The notes beneath the pieces were generated by a model. It made no database searches and was not told the DNA's origin. It saw only the letters and a list, made by a program, of their open reading frames with translations. 64,000 nucleotides of DNA from a virus. The position numbers and the translations under genes were made by a program. Location of the stretch: IMG/VR virus record IMGVR_UViG_3300028394_000034. One strand, 5' to 3'. Numbering within the stretch: position 1 is the stretch's first letter; each line of letters starts with the position of its first letter. Positions 56,768 to 64,000 of the stretch are shown piece after piece.

Positions 56768-57739
56768 TTAAAACAAATCTTCTTCTGAAAAGCTTTGAGA
56801 CTTTTTGGAATATTCCACTGGGCGACTATGAAAGAAGTCGGTCATGTTATTTCCCAAAACTTGCTCATCAAACCATGAAGTTTTGCTTAATAAATCTTGA
56901 TCAATTTCGAACACTTCAGAATAGCCAATTTGCTTTAATGAATCATTCATTCTGTGTTTAATAAATTGCTTTAGAAGATCTGAATTAAGTTTTTCATGAT
57001 TGTAACCGTTGATAATCCATTCAACGATCTGACATTCATATTTTACTGCTTCCTGAGCCTCATGCATGATTTTATTTTTTAGCTCTTCATCAAAAATCTC
57101 TGGATATTCAGACTTAATGACATTAATAATTTTTATTCCAATAATAGCGTGAAGATTCTCTTCTCTTGAAGTATACTCTACTTGCTTATTGGTATCTTTT
57201 AATAGATTCTTATATCTGCCAAAAAATCCTATAGTATAAAATTGAGAAAATAGAGCTATATTTTCTACAAACAATGTAAATAGAATTAATGAATAAACAA
57301 ATTGCTTTTTATTGTCTAGATGAAATTTATGTAAATGTTTACGTAGATAGTTTACTCTTCCCTTTATCATATCTAGTTTTAAAATCTCTTCAAAAGAGTC
57401 ATCAATACCTAGAACTTCTAAAAGTCTTTCGTAGGCATCTCCATGAATAACTTCTGTATTAGCCATCACATATCCCATATCATTAATGGATGGGTGAGGA
57501 AGATTATCTCCTAACTTGGCCCAAAACTTTTTAACAGATATTTCTAATTGACCCACTGTTGAAAGAGCCCTAGTTATAATCTCTCTTTCTTGATCTGTTA
57601 AATTAACTTTAAAGTCTTGTATGTCGCTTTGGAAATTAAATTCTTTATGTGTCCAAAAGCCATTATGCATAGCTTCAATAAAGTCTTGCGTCCAAGGATA
57701 ATTGTCTGGTTTGCGTGTAATTTGTTCATTAAATATCAT
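56768..57739 (-). CDS. nrdB: Class I ribonucleotide reductase beta subunit (class Id-like)
   Basis: FWTHKE, QLEISVKKFW, EVIHGDAY, ENIALFSQF, EENLH, DFF..RP.EY. Confidence 0.92.
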   Translation of the reverse strand: MIFNEQITRKPDNYPWTQDFIEAMHNGFWTHKEFNFQSDIQDFKVNLTDQEREIITRALSTVGQLEISVKKFWAKLGDNLPHPSINDMGYVMANTEVIHGDAYERLLEVLGIDDSFEEILKLDMIKGRVNYLRKHLHKFHLDNKKQFVYSLILFTLFVENIALFSQFYTIGFFGRYKNLLKDTNKQVEYTSREENLHAIIGIKIINVIKSEYPEIFDEELKNKIMHEAQEAVKYECQIVEWIINGYNHEKLNSDLLKQFIKHRMNDSLKQIGYSEVFEIDQDLLSKTSWFDEQVLGNNMTDFFHSRPVEYSKKSQSFSEEDLF

Positions 57740-57764
57740 TTTTGGCCTATTGGATTAATGGGTA

Positions 57765-57902
57765 TTATTTTTTGTTTTGTAGATTGGCTAATAAGCCAAG
57801 AATTACGGTAATCATAAACTGATCTCTTACTTGGTCATTATTACCATAATATCTGAAACAGAGCAAAATAAATAATGAAAAAATAAAAACATAGTACATC
57901 AT
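57765..57902 (-). CDS. Small membrane protein (45 aa), absent from the ORF track
   Basis: My translation: MMYYVFIFSLFILLCFRYYGNNDQVRDQFMITVILGLLANLQNKK; ATGA overlap with the dCMP deaminase stop; two hydrophobic stretches. Confidence 0.55.
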   Translation of the reverse strand: MMYYVFIFSLFILLCFRYYGNNDQVRDQFMITVILGLLANLQNKK

Positions 57903-58366
57903 ATTACACCGCATAAATTTTTCAACCATGAAAGATCAGGTGAAATTCTCTCTATCTTCATACCACTCATTTCAATAAAGGTATCAAATCTTTTTTGTGC
58001 TTCTTCGTCAAATAAATGAGTTCCATGATCATCTATCATATAAACTGTTTGAATACCTTCTTGCCATAAGGCGATAATACAGTCATTACAACACTGTCCT
58101 GTAACATATGCTATTCCGTTATCTGGGCGAACAACACAATTAGAAAGAGCATTTCTTTCAGAATGAACCATCCAAGGATATTTTTCTGGCCTTGAAATTG
58201 GTAATTCAGAATCTTTTAATCCTCTGGGAAAGCCATTATATCCTACTCCCAGAATCCTATTATTTTTATCTGTGATTATACACCCATGCTTTGTGTGTAT
58301 ATCATGACTACGTTGTGATACAACCTTAGCCATTCCTAAAAAGTAATCAGTCCATTGTGGTCTCAT
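57899..58366 (-). CDS. dCMP deaminase (ComEB-like)
   Basis: YFLGMAKVVSQRS, GYNGFPRG, HSERNAL, CCNDC. Confidence 0.92.
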   Translation of the reverse strand: MRPQWTDYFLGMAKVVSQRSHDIHTKHGCIITDKNNRILGVGYNGFPRGLKDSELPISRPEKYPWMVHSERNALSNCVVRPDNGIAYVTGQCCNDCIIALWQEGIQTVYMIDDHGTHLFDEEAQKRFDTFIEMSGMKIERISPDLSWLKNLCGVI

Positions 58367-58374
58367 AGTAGGTT

Positions 58375-58403
58375 ATAGTACCACAAGACCATCCTAGAGT
58401 CAA
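58375..58403 (-). promoter_or_regulatory. Strong sigma70-type promoter
   Basis: TTGACT (58403-398), 17-nt spacer, TACTAT (58380-75) with an extended -10 TG; the ATG is 8 nt downstream. Confidence 0.7.
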
Positions 58404-58409
58404 GAAATA

Positions 58410-58667
58410 TTATTTGACGGTATTGAGTTTATTGTACAGTACAAGGGCTAATACCGCACCGGCGACACCCATAAAAATACCGGCTGGGCTTAGACTATCG
58501 TACTTGCCAAGCATATACATAATAGCTCCACCCATATAAGATCCAGCAACTCCAAGAGCTACTGTTTTAACAAAATTGAAGTTCTCTTCTCCGGGGACTA
58601 AGCTTTTAGCTATTGATCCCACAAATAGACCATAAACACACCATACTAATATACTAAACATTTGCAT
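58410..58667 (-). CDS. GlsB/YeaQ/YmgE (transglycosylase-associated) membrane protein
   Basis: GLFVGSIAKSLVPG...ALGVAGSYMGG...GIFMGVAGAVLAL; 3 predicted TM helices. Confidence 0.8.
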   Translation of the reverse strand: MQMFSILVWCVYGLFVGSIAKSLVPGEENFNFVKTVALGVAGSYMGGAIMYMLGKYDSLSPAGIFMGVAGAVLALVLYNKLNTVK

Positions 58668-59052
58668 TCTCCACTAGTGTTTGAACCTCATCCTCCGTGA
58701 GAACTTCTCCTGTTTCTAATAAAGCATTCAAAATACTTAATGAATACTTCTCATAATCTTCTTTTTTCATTTCTCTGCGTAAAATTTTCTTAATTCTCAT
58801 TTTAGTAAACCAGCCTCTGCGCTCACTAAAAGTATGCAACTGTTCGCCATACATTGCATATTTATCTGCTGCTGTAGATTGAGCAGTTAATTTGTTTTTA
58901 TTGCATTCTTGTAGTATTCTTACACAAGTCAGGATTATGCTGATGATCATTAAGATAGTGACAATAGCAAATCCATATACTTCATCTTTTTGTACAGATG
59001 ATTTTTCTAAAATTTTAATAGCTATAGCTTTAAGTTTGTCATTATCAGCCAT
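58654..59052 (-). CDS. Single-pass membrane protein
   Basis: FAIVTILMIISIILTCVRIL hydrophobic helix. Confidence 0.7.
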   Translation of the reverse strand: MADNDKLKAIAIKILEKSSVQKDEVYGFAIVTILMIISIILTCVRILQECNKNKLTAQSTAADKYAMYGEQLHTFSERRGWFTKMRIKKILRREMKKEDYEKYSLSILNALLETGEVLTEDEVQTLVENANV

Positions 59053-59054
59053 AG

Positions 59055-59414
59055 TTATCTCCTTGGTGTTTTATTAATAGGGCAATTACCATCTGGGCAA
59101 TCTGATGGGGTCGAATATGTTTTTGTAGTTGGTACTGTTGGTGTTACTGATTTAATAGGTCCTATTGAAATAGATCCTTTATCTGGTTCGCAGTATGTGC
59201 AATCAATTTTAAGAATACCATCGCCACTCATATACCAACCTTTACCCTTGCAAACTGGACAGTCTTTTCTTTTATACTTTTGAGTGACTTCCTGCACATG
59301 CTTGGCTTTAATAATGCCTCCAGCAAGAGTTACTGGGGCCGTTGTTGAACCATAGTAATGAGATTGAGTAAATAGCAGACTTACACAAAATAAACCAACA
59401 AATAATTTATTCAT
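59055..59414 (-). CDS. Secreted Cys-rich protein with DnaJ-type Zn finger motif
   Basis: N-terminal signal-like segment; CPVCKGKG...CTYC; CPDGNCP. Confidence 0.75.
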   Translation of the reverse strand: MNKLFVGLFCVSLLFTQSHYYGSTTAPVTLAGGIIKAKHVQEVTQKYKRKDCPVCKGKGWYMSGDGILKIDCTYCEPDKGSISIGPIKSVTPTVPTTKTYSTPSDCPDGNCPINKTPRR

Positions 59415-59635
59415 TTCTTATCTCTCCATGGAAGAGGTATGATATTATCAATACTATCTATAACCCTCTTAAGGGGTCGTGGTCTATTGGGTTTAACTGG
59501 AGAGTCTGGGATATCAACTTTAGGTTTAGGTCCGAACTTTTCTTTAGCTTTGGTAAATAGTGTTGCCAAAGTTTCGATCATATTAATGATCATGTTTATA
59601 ACAGCGCGTAGTTCTAATCTTTCTCTTAGGTTCAT
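59411..59635 (-). CDS. Small basic Pro-rich hypothetical protein
   Basis: Follows a GGTGTATA motif; ATGA overlap with the downstream gene. Confidence 0.65.
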   Translation of the reverse strand: MNLRERLELRAVINMIINMIETLATLFTKAKEKFGPKPKVDIPDSPVKPNRPRPLKRVIDSIDNIIPLPWRDKK

Positions 59636-59659
59636 AAAATATTCCTAGGAATTTAGATA

Positions 59660-59675
59660 TATAAATATATACACC
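59660..59675 (-). promoter_or_regulatory. GGTGTA-TA motif, candidate phage promoter
   Basis: GGTGTATATATTTATA ~25 nt upstream of the 59635 ATG. Confidence 0.5.
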
Positions 59676-59714
59676 TAATAGAGATGATCATTTAAAAATA
59701 GCCAATTCGGAATT

Positions 59715-60641
59715 TTAGAGATAATCCTCAAATCCATAGCTTGGTAGCTTTTGGAGAGGAAAACCATCAAAACCACTAAATGTATATGATCCATTCATGG
59801 CTAACATTCCAGCAGCCACATCAGCATGAATTAAAAAAGAACCATCTGGGATTGGACCCCATGCCGGATGTCCTCCGTCATTCCATTTACCCCAGCTATT
59901 TTGCACTAAAAAGGCTGGCTCACTACCAGTATCGTCACAAGCTATCCAAGCCATGCAATGTCCCCAGCTGCCAGACTGTCTAGCAAATCCATTTTTATCT
60001 CTTGTATTACTAAAGCCATAATTAGAACATACTGCTATTCCATAACCATTAGCAAGAGCATCACGAGCTTCTTCTACTGTTCTAATTAATGAAGCAGTCT
60101 TAATTTGATGGTCGTTGGCTAAATCTAATACTTTATCTGGGAGTCCTCGACCTCCCCAACCAGCACCTAGATTACCATTGTATTTACTAAAGTCTGCAAT
60201 TCCGGGATAATTCTTTCTAAGAACTATTCCACCAAACTTACTAACAAACTCAGCAGCCCTAGCACAACTCATACCTTCCCCAGAAAATCCTCTTGCTCCA
60301 TAGATAGCTTCTGTTGCTCCTTTAGTTACCCAATCTTCTCTTTCGTTATGTATATCTATTTCTACCGCTCTAGTAACATCACAAGCATTTCGTGTTCCAT
60401 GACTCACACAATCTCCGACAGTTTGTCGTTCATTATAAGGATTCTTCTCAAATCTCAACACGCTCTTGTATGGTGTTGAAAGTTTACCTTTACCAGAATT
60501 CTTAATTTTTTTACTAGCATCACCAAACAATGGATATTTTGCATTCTCCATAAAATGATCGTATACGTGTTGCTCCCATATGCAACCACTAAATCCTTGA
60601 CGATAGTTGTCGTAAAGTTCTTTTGGAGAATAACGTGGCAT
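59715..60641 (-). CDS. Papain-like (C1 family) cysteine peptidase
   Basis: Q.VGDCVSHG (Gln and catalytic Cys), WGHCMAWI (His), VQNSWG (Asn); TAATG-coupled start at 60641. Confidence 0.85.
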   Translation of the reverse strand: MPRYSPKELYDNYRQGFSGCIWEQHVYDHFMENAKYPLFGDASKKIKNSGKGKLSTPYKSVLRFEKNPYNERQTVGDCVSHGTRNACDVTRAVEIDIHNEREDWVTKGATEAIYGARGFSGEGMSCARAAEFVSKFGGIVLRKNYPGIADFSKYNGNLGAGWGGRGLPDKVLDLANDHQIKTASLIRTVEEARDALANGYGIAVCSNYGFSNTRDKNGFARQSGSWGHCMAWIACDDTGSEPAFLVQNSWGKWNDGGHPAWGPIPDGSFLIHADVAAGMLAMNGSYTFSGFDGFPLQKLPSYGFEDYL

Positions 60642-61132
60642 TATTTTGATCCTTCGTTGCAAGCCCAAGCTAAAGCATCAAGACCTTCTACAGCTTTAAC
60701 TCTTAGCTCTTTGGATAAAAGAATTTGATCATCACCGATAGAAGCTACTACTACTTCTTTTGCTTCTTTAGCTAAATTTGGATACTTACCTTTCATATCC
60801 AATCTGAGCATAATACCAGCCAGACTATTAGCTTGACGAATTTCTTCAGTGCTTTTGATTACTTCATCTTCACCATCAAGTTCGACTAGCTTTGCTAAAT
60901 CAATATATAGGTCTCTTAGTCTTTTTGCTTCTGACTTGATACCAGCTTCTTTTAGAACAGTAACAACATCATCAGCTTCTTTTTTGACAGCTTCATCTGT
61001 TGGTACTGATAATTCTAAAACATCCACTACAGATGGTTTAGGCTTTAGAATATCAGAAAACTCTGGCTTAAGTAGTCCTACTAAGATTAGTAAACCACCT
61101 AGTCCTAGTAATACTTTTTTATCTATACTCAT
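60641..61132 (-). CDS. N-terminally membrane-anchored helical protein
   Basis: VLLGLGGLLILVGLL TM segment followed by a charged helical domain. Confidence 0.75.
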   Translation of the reverse strand: MSIDKKVLLGLGGLLILVGLLKPEFSDILKPKPSVVDVLELSVPTDEAVKKEADDVVTVLKEAGIKSEAKRLRDLYIDLAKLVELDGEDEVIKSTEEIRQANSLAGIMLRLDMKGKYPNLAKEAKEVVVASIGDDQILLSKELRVKAVEGLDALAWACNEGSK

Positions 61133-61521
61133 GATACTTTATCCTCTTTTTTGCAAACATTAGGACTTAGGAATGGAAACATTTGGTCGGCAACCTTAAC
61201 TGCTTCACCACAACCACTTTGAACAGCCAAGTCTCTTGTTTGTTTCCAAGAAACGACTAGCTTAAAGAAAGTATCGTCTGGCTTATTCCCTACTACAGAC
61301 TTTGGAACAACTACGGTATCAACTGATGGAACAACAATAGGGGCTATAGAAGTTGGGGTTGGTCCCTTTACTTTTGATAATAGTCCACCAAGAAATTCCT
61401 GTACAGGACTTAGTTTATCCTTAAACAAAACCCATAATACTAAACCAGCACCGGCATAAAGAGCTAAATCCGTTGTGCTCAATCTACTACTAAATTCTTG
61501 AAAGCTCTCTGTAAAATTCAT
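61129..61521 (-). CDS. Membrane protein
   Basis: LALYAGAGLVLWVLF helix and a Pro/Val-rich linker. Confidence 0.75.
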   Translation of the reverse strand: MNFTESFQEFSSRLSTTDLALYAGAGLVLWVLFKDKLSPVQEFLGGLLSKVKGPTPTSIAPIVVPSVDTVVVPKSVVGNKPDDTFFKLVVSWKQTRDLAVQSGCGEAVKVADQMFPFLSPNVCKKEDKVS

Positions 61522-61536
61522 TGGAATCCTTCTTTC

Positions 61537-61953
61537 TCATTTATCTGAAACTTTAGGGTTGGTATCAACATTCTTATCAACTGTTACGCTAGAAAAAACT
61601 CCAGTATTTCTAAAAGTAGTAACCATAGCATCAATAGAAGCTCCAACTAGAATCATCAACAGCTGTTTAACGTATCTCTGTATAATAGGCTGGAGTAGCT
61701 GTGGAACAAAGGGAAATTCTACTACTAAAAAAACCTGATCATAAAACCTAGAAACAGCATTCATTGCTATTTCTTTTTTATCAGAACCTTTTAGTTCTGG
61801 ATGAATTATTTGAATCTGTTGAATAACATCGGCTATAGCGAGTTGCAATAAATTCCAAGCTTGCGGGGCAGCTACTGATTTTGCTGTTTTTAATATTGCT
61901 TTAGCTTGTTCTACTATATTATTTATCTGTAATGATACTGTCTGGTTTGACAT
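61537..61953 (-). CDS. Hypothetical helical protein
   Basis: ORF on the coding strand; amphipathic/hydrophobic C-terminal helices. Confidence 0.7.
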   Translation of the reverse strand: MSNQTVSLQINNIVEQAKAILKTAKSVAAPQAWNLLQLAIADVIQQIQIIHPELKGSDKKEIAMNAVSRFYDQVFLVVEFPFVPQLLQPIIQRYVKQLLMILVGASIDAMVTTFRNTGVFSSVTVDKNVDTNPKVSDK

Positions 61954-62257
61954 TTGTTTTTCCTGTACTCTTAGGTTTCTTTTTTCTTCTGTTTGCCTTA
62001 TTCGCTATTTTTCTTTCTTCTGGATTAGCTGTACTCCACCAAGTTTTTTTAAGTTCAGATCTACTATTGATATACTTAAATAAAACAGTAAGTTGTCCTG
62101 CAATAAGAATTGTAGCTTCTAAGCCCCTGCTTGTTTCTTGAATCAAATCTTCTTTTTGAGAATTTTCTCCAATAATACCCATTAAATATAAACCACTAAA
62201 TACAAAACTTACCATAGTAAACCAAAATTCACTAGTCTTATAGCCGGGTTTAACCAT
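61919..62257 (-). CDS. Holin-like membrane protein
   Basis: KPGYKTSEFW N-terminus, two hydrophobic helices, highly basic C-terminal tail (RRKKKPK). Confidence 0.55.
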   Translation of the reverse strand: MVKPGYKTSEFWFTMVSFVFSGLYLMGIIGENSQKEDLIQETSRGLEATILIAGQLTVLFKYINSRSELKKTWWSTANPEERKIANKANRRKKKPKSTGKTNVKPDSIITDK

Positions 62258-62293
62258 AATTAATACCCTTTATATTAATTGTGAATAATCAAA

Positions 62294-62494
62294 TTAAGAT
62301 AATGTTTTTACAAAGATGCCGTTGTAGAATCTATTACCGTACACACTAGCTATTGCAGAGATTGTTGGAGTATTTTTTACAAAAGTATTCAGAGTTGAGT
62401 ATTTTCCTCTGAAGGTTGTTGTTACTACAATTGTTCCATTTTTAATGGTTGTAGAGGCTGTTGCATTTGTTATATCTGTGAATGGTCTTGGCAT
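62294..62494 (-). CDS. Small Thr-rich protein
   Basis: GGAG SD before MPRPF; follows a GGTGTATA motif. Confidence 0.65.
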   Translation of the reverse strand: MPRPFTDITNATASTTIKNGTIVVTTTFRGKYSTLNTFVKNTPTISAIASVYGNRFYNGIFVKTLS

Positions 62495-62524
62495 GTTTTT
62501 CTCCAATAAGAAAATGTTGTTATG

Positions 62525-62540
62525 TTATATAATATACACC
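62525..62540 (-). promoter_or_regulatory. GGTGTA-TA motif, candidate phage promoter
   Basis: GGTGTATATTATATAA in the intergenic gap. Confidence 0.5.
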
Positions 62541-62559
62541 AATCTAATTTAGCCGATTA

Positions 62560-62880
62560 TCATTTTTCAATTCGGTCTTCTAAAGCCTCAAGAGTTTTGC
62601 TTAAAACCATGATTTGAATCTTCAGTTCATTCATTACTTCGCTATTTCTTTGTAAAGCATTAGCAAATGAAGCTTGAACCTCTTTATTACTTGCTAGTTT
62701 ATCCATAATAAATTGTCTATCATTTATATATGGAGATTGAGTTTCTATCATATGTGTAACGTCGTGTTTTGTAACCATATTCTTAACAAGACCTACCCAG
62801 AATCCAACCATTGTAACTATTATGGTTATGGATGTAGTAGAGACTATTTGCCAGAAGTGAGTTAATGATTCATCTGCCAT
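62560..62880 (-). CDS. Single-TM coiled-coil protein
   Basis: GGAG SD before MADESL; TM IVSTTSITIIVTMVGFWVGLV; C-terminal heptads. Confidence 0.7.
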   Translation of the reverse strand: MADESLTHFWQIVSTTSITIIVTMVGFWVGLVKNMVTKHDVTHMIETQSPYINDRQFIMDKLASNKEVQASFANALQRNSEVMNELKIQIMVLSKTLEALEDRIEK

Positions 62881-62894
62881 AATTGACTCTCCAT

Positions 62895-62938
62895 TTAAAA
62901 AACTAAAAGCCAACGATACTTAACGCATCATTGGCTTT
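62895..62938 (-). terminator. Intrinsic terminator
   Basis: On the - strand, AAAGCCAATGATGC-GTTAA-GTATCGTTGGCTTT forms a 14-bp stem with 2 G-U pairs, followed by TAGTTTTTT. Confidence 0.7.
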
Positions 62939-62966
62939 AGTTGTATCGTTTATCGACAAATAAATA

Positions 62967-63503
62967 TTAGGCGGTCTTTGCTTTGTAATTAACAACTGGT
63001 TGACCTTTTCCACTCTTGTAGATAAGGTGACCTGGAACACTGCGGGTTGGACTAGCAGCAACGTCATTGCCAAGAGCATCTGTTTGTGAAGTTACTGTAT
63101 TGATATAGCGACCAGTGTACAAGTTAAATCCTGCTCTAAAAGCTGTAGATGTTAGGTTTGTATTTACTGATTCAATTTTATTGATACTTCTTATTAAGCC
63201 TGGAACATCAGCTCCTCTTAATAAAGCATTGTTAGCTACTGTAGCCAAAGATGTTGTTAGTCTTTCTGCTACTGGTCTCTTATTGTTATAGGCAAAAGTA
63301 CCACTTGATAATGCTGGGACACTACCTACTGCTGTTGAATTAACAACCTTAGAACCTACAAAACCAACATCAACACCCTTTACTGAACGGTTGGTTAGTT
63401 TTGTTGATGATCCAGCCTTGATTGCTGCACCACCATTATTTTTTGTTGTACCACTATTATAGGTACCTGTTGAAGCTGACCCATTTACTTGTGCTGTGGC
63501 CAT
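62967..63503 (-). CDS. Gly/Ser/Thr/Ala-rich probable virion protein
   Basis: GCAGGAG SD before MATAQV; composition typical of structural proteins; GGGGTATA motif variant upstream (63546-53). Confidence 0.65.
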   Translation of the reverse strand: MATAQVNGSASTGTYNSGTTKNNGGAAIKAGSSTKLTNRSVKGVDVGFVGSKVVNSTAVGSVPALSSGTFAYNNKRPVAERLTTSLATVANNALLRGADVPGLIRSINKIESVNTNLTSTAFRAGFNLYTGRYINTVTSQTDALGNDVAASPTRSVPGHLIYKSGKGQPVVNYKAKTA

Positions 63504-63561
63504 TTTTATCTCCTGCAATTGTATGTGGTGAGTTTACCACCTAACTATACCCCAAAATTTG

Positions 63562-63999
63562 TCAAGAGGCGTTATTTTTAATGAATAATCCTAAAGAGGC
63601 TAAATGATGAAGTCTTACTCCATGAGATCCAGAACTCTTAATAGTTTCAGCCTGTTTAGAAGTCCAAACATTACCATTAATAATAGCCTGAATTTCTGAT
63701 TTAGAAGAAAGATATTTAGCAGCAATGATATTGTCATTAATATCGTCAATCATATTACCTGTTGATGGAAATATGGATTGAACCTGAAGAGTTTTGAGTA
63801 TTTGGCAAGTTTTAGCTAGGGTTTCATGATTAAAGACTCTATACTCTAATATATATCGAAGCTCAACCCCTGCTTCATTGCAGATTGCTAAGTTGCTTTT
63901 AATATCTTCCCTTAATTTATCATATTTACGATTGACTATATATTTAGAAGGAATAACAAGATCAATAGTGTTTGCCCCAGCTTTTATCGCTTGTGACAC
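63562..63999 (-). CDS. DeoC (deoxyribose-phosphate aldolase)-like TIM barrel, 5'-truncated, catalytic Lys apparently absent
   Basis: AIKAGANTIDLVI, LRYILE and SIFPSTG align to DeoC GADEIDMVI, LKVIIE and FVKTSTG; the frame is open to the window end. Confidence 0.7.
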   Translation of the reverse strand: MSQAIKAGANTIDLVIPSKYIVNRKYDKLREDIKSNLAICNEAGVELRYILEYRVFNHETLAKTCQILKTLQVQSIFPSTGNMIDDINDNIIAAKYLSSKSEIQAIINGNVWTSKQAETIKSSGSHGVRLHHLASLGLFIKNNAS

Positions 64000-64000
64000 C

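Noticed and set aside
57740-57898. tRNA or structured ncRNA in the larger gaps
   Set aside because: No cloverleaf or T-loop consensus seen; this gap is better explained by a small ORF, and the other gaps hold promoters or terminators.
59055-59414. o-spanin lipoprotein
   Set aside because: The N-terminal GLFC does not fit the lipobox consensus well; treated as a secreted protein.
63546-63565. Sigma70 promoter TTGACA...TATAGT upstream of 63503
   Set aside because: The spacer is only 10 nt, too short for sigma70; kept only as a GGGGTATA variant of the phage motif.
1-64000. Stop-codon reassignment (alternative genetic code)
   Set aside because: Standard code 11 gives near-complete, tightly coupled gene coverage, including ORFs of 2300-2700 aa; TAA, TAG and TGA all end genes at conserved termini.

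Overview
This is an AT-rich fragment of a large tailed dsDNA bacteriophage genome (jumbo-phage-like; no cellular housekeeping genes, rRNA or tRNA seen). It has two convergent halves that meet at 31549/31551. The + strand (1-31549) encodes very large virion proteins: four modular tail-fibre/adhesin proteins built from RCC1, Asp-box, LamG, Ig-like, vWD-like, LecA-like and FGE/C-type-lectin domains with Thr-Pro linkers, then three giant novel tail/baseplate-like proteins of 685, 2321 and 2703 aa. The - strand (31551-64000), read in the direction of transcription (right to left), encodes: a DeoC-like pseudo-aldolase; a cluster of membrane proteins around a papain-like protease; nucleotide metabolism genes (dCMP deaminase, class Id-type RNR, dUTPase, PhoH); recombination and replication genes (RecA, DnaB, DnaG, dNMP kinase, Cas4-like nuclease, a DNA Pol III alpha split into two genes around a DnaQ-like exonuclease, SSB); an 8-gene glycosyltransferase/nucleotidyltransferase cluster; and an SSAP-like protein. 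The most unusual signals are the intein-less split DnaE, two circularly permuted FGE/lectin domains, an Ig domain split across two tail genes, a recurrent GGTGTA-TA promoter-like motif, the glycosylation cluster, and a possible protease-based lysis cassette. All functional calls come from motif recognition by eye; no database searches were run.
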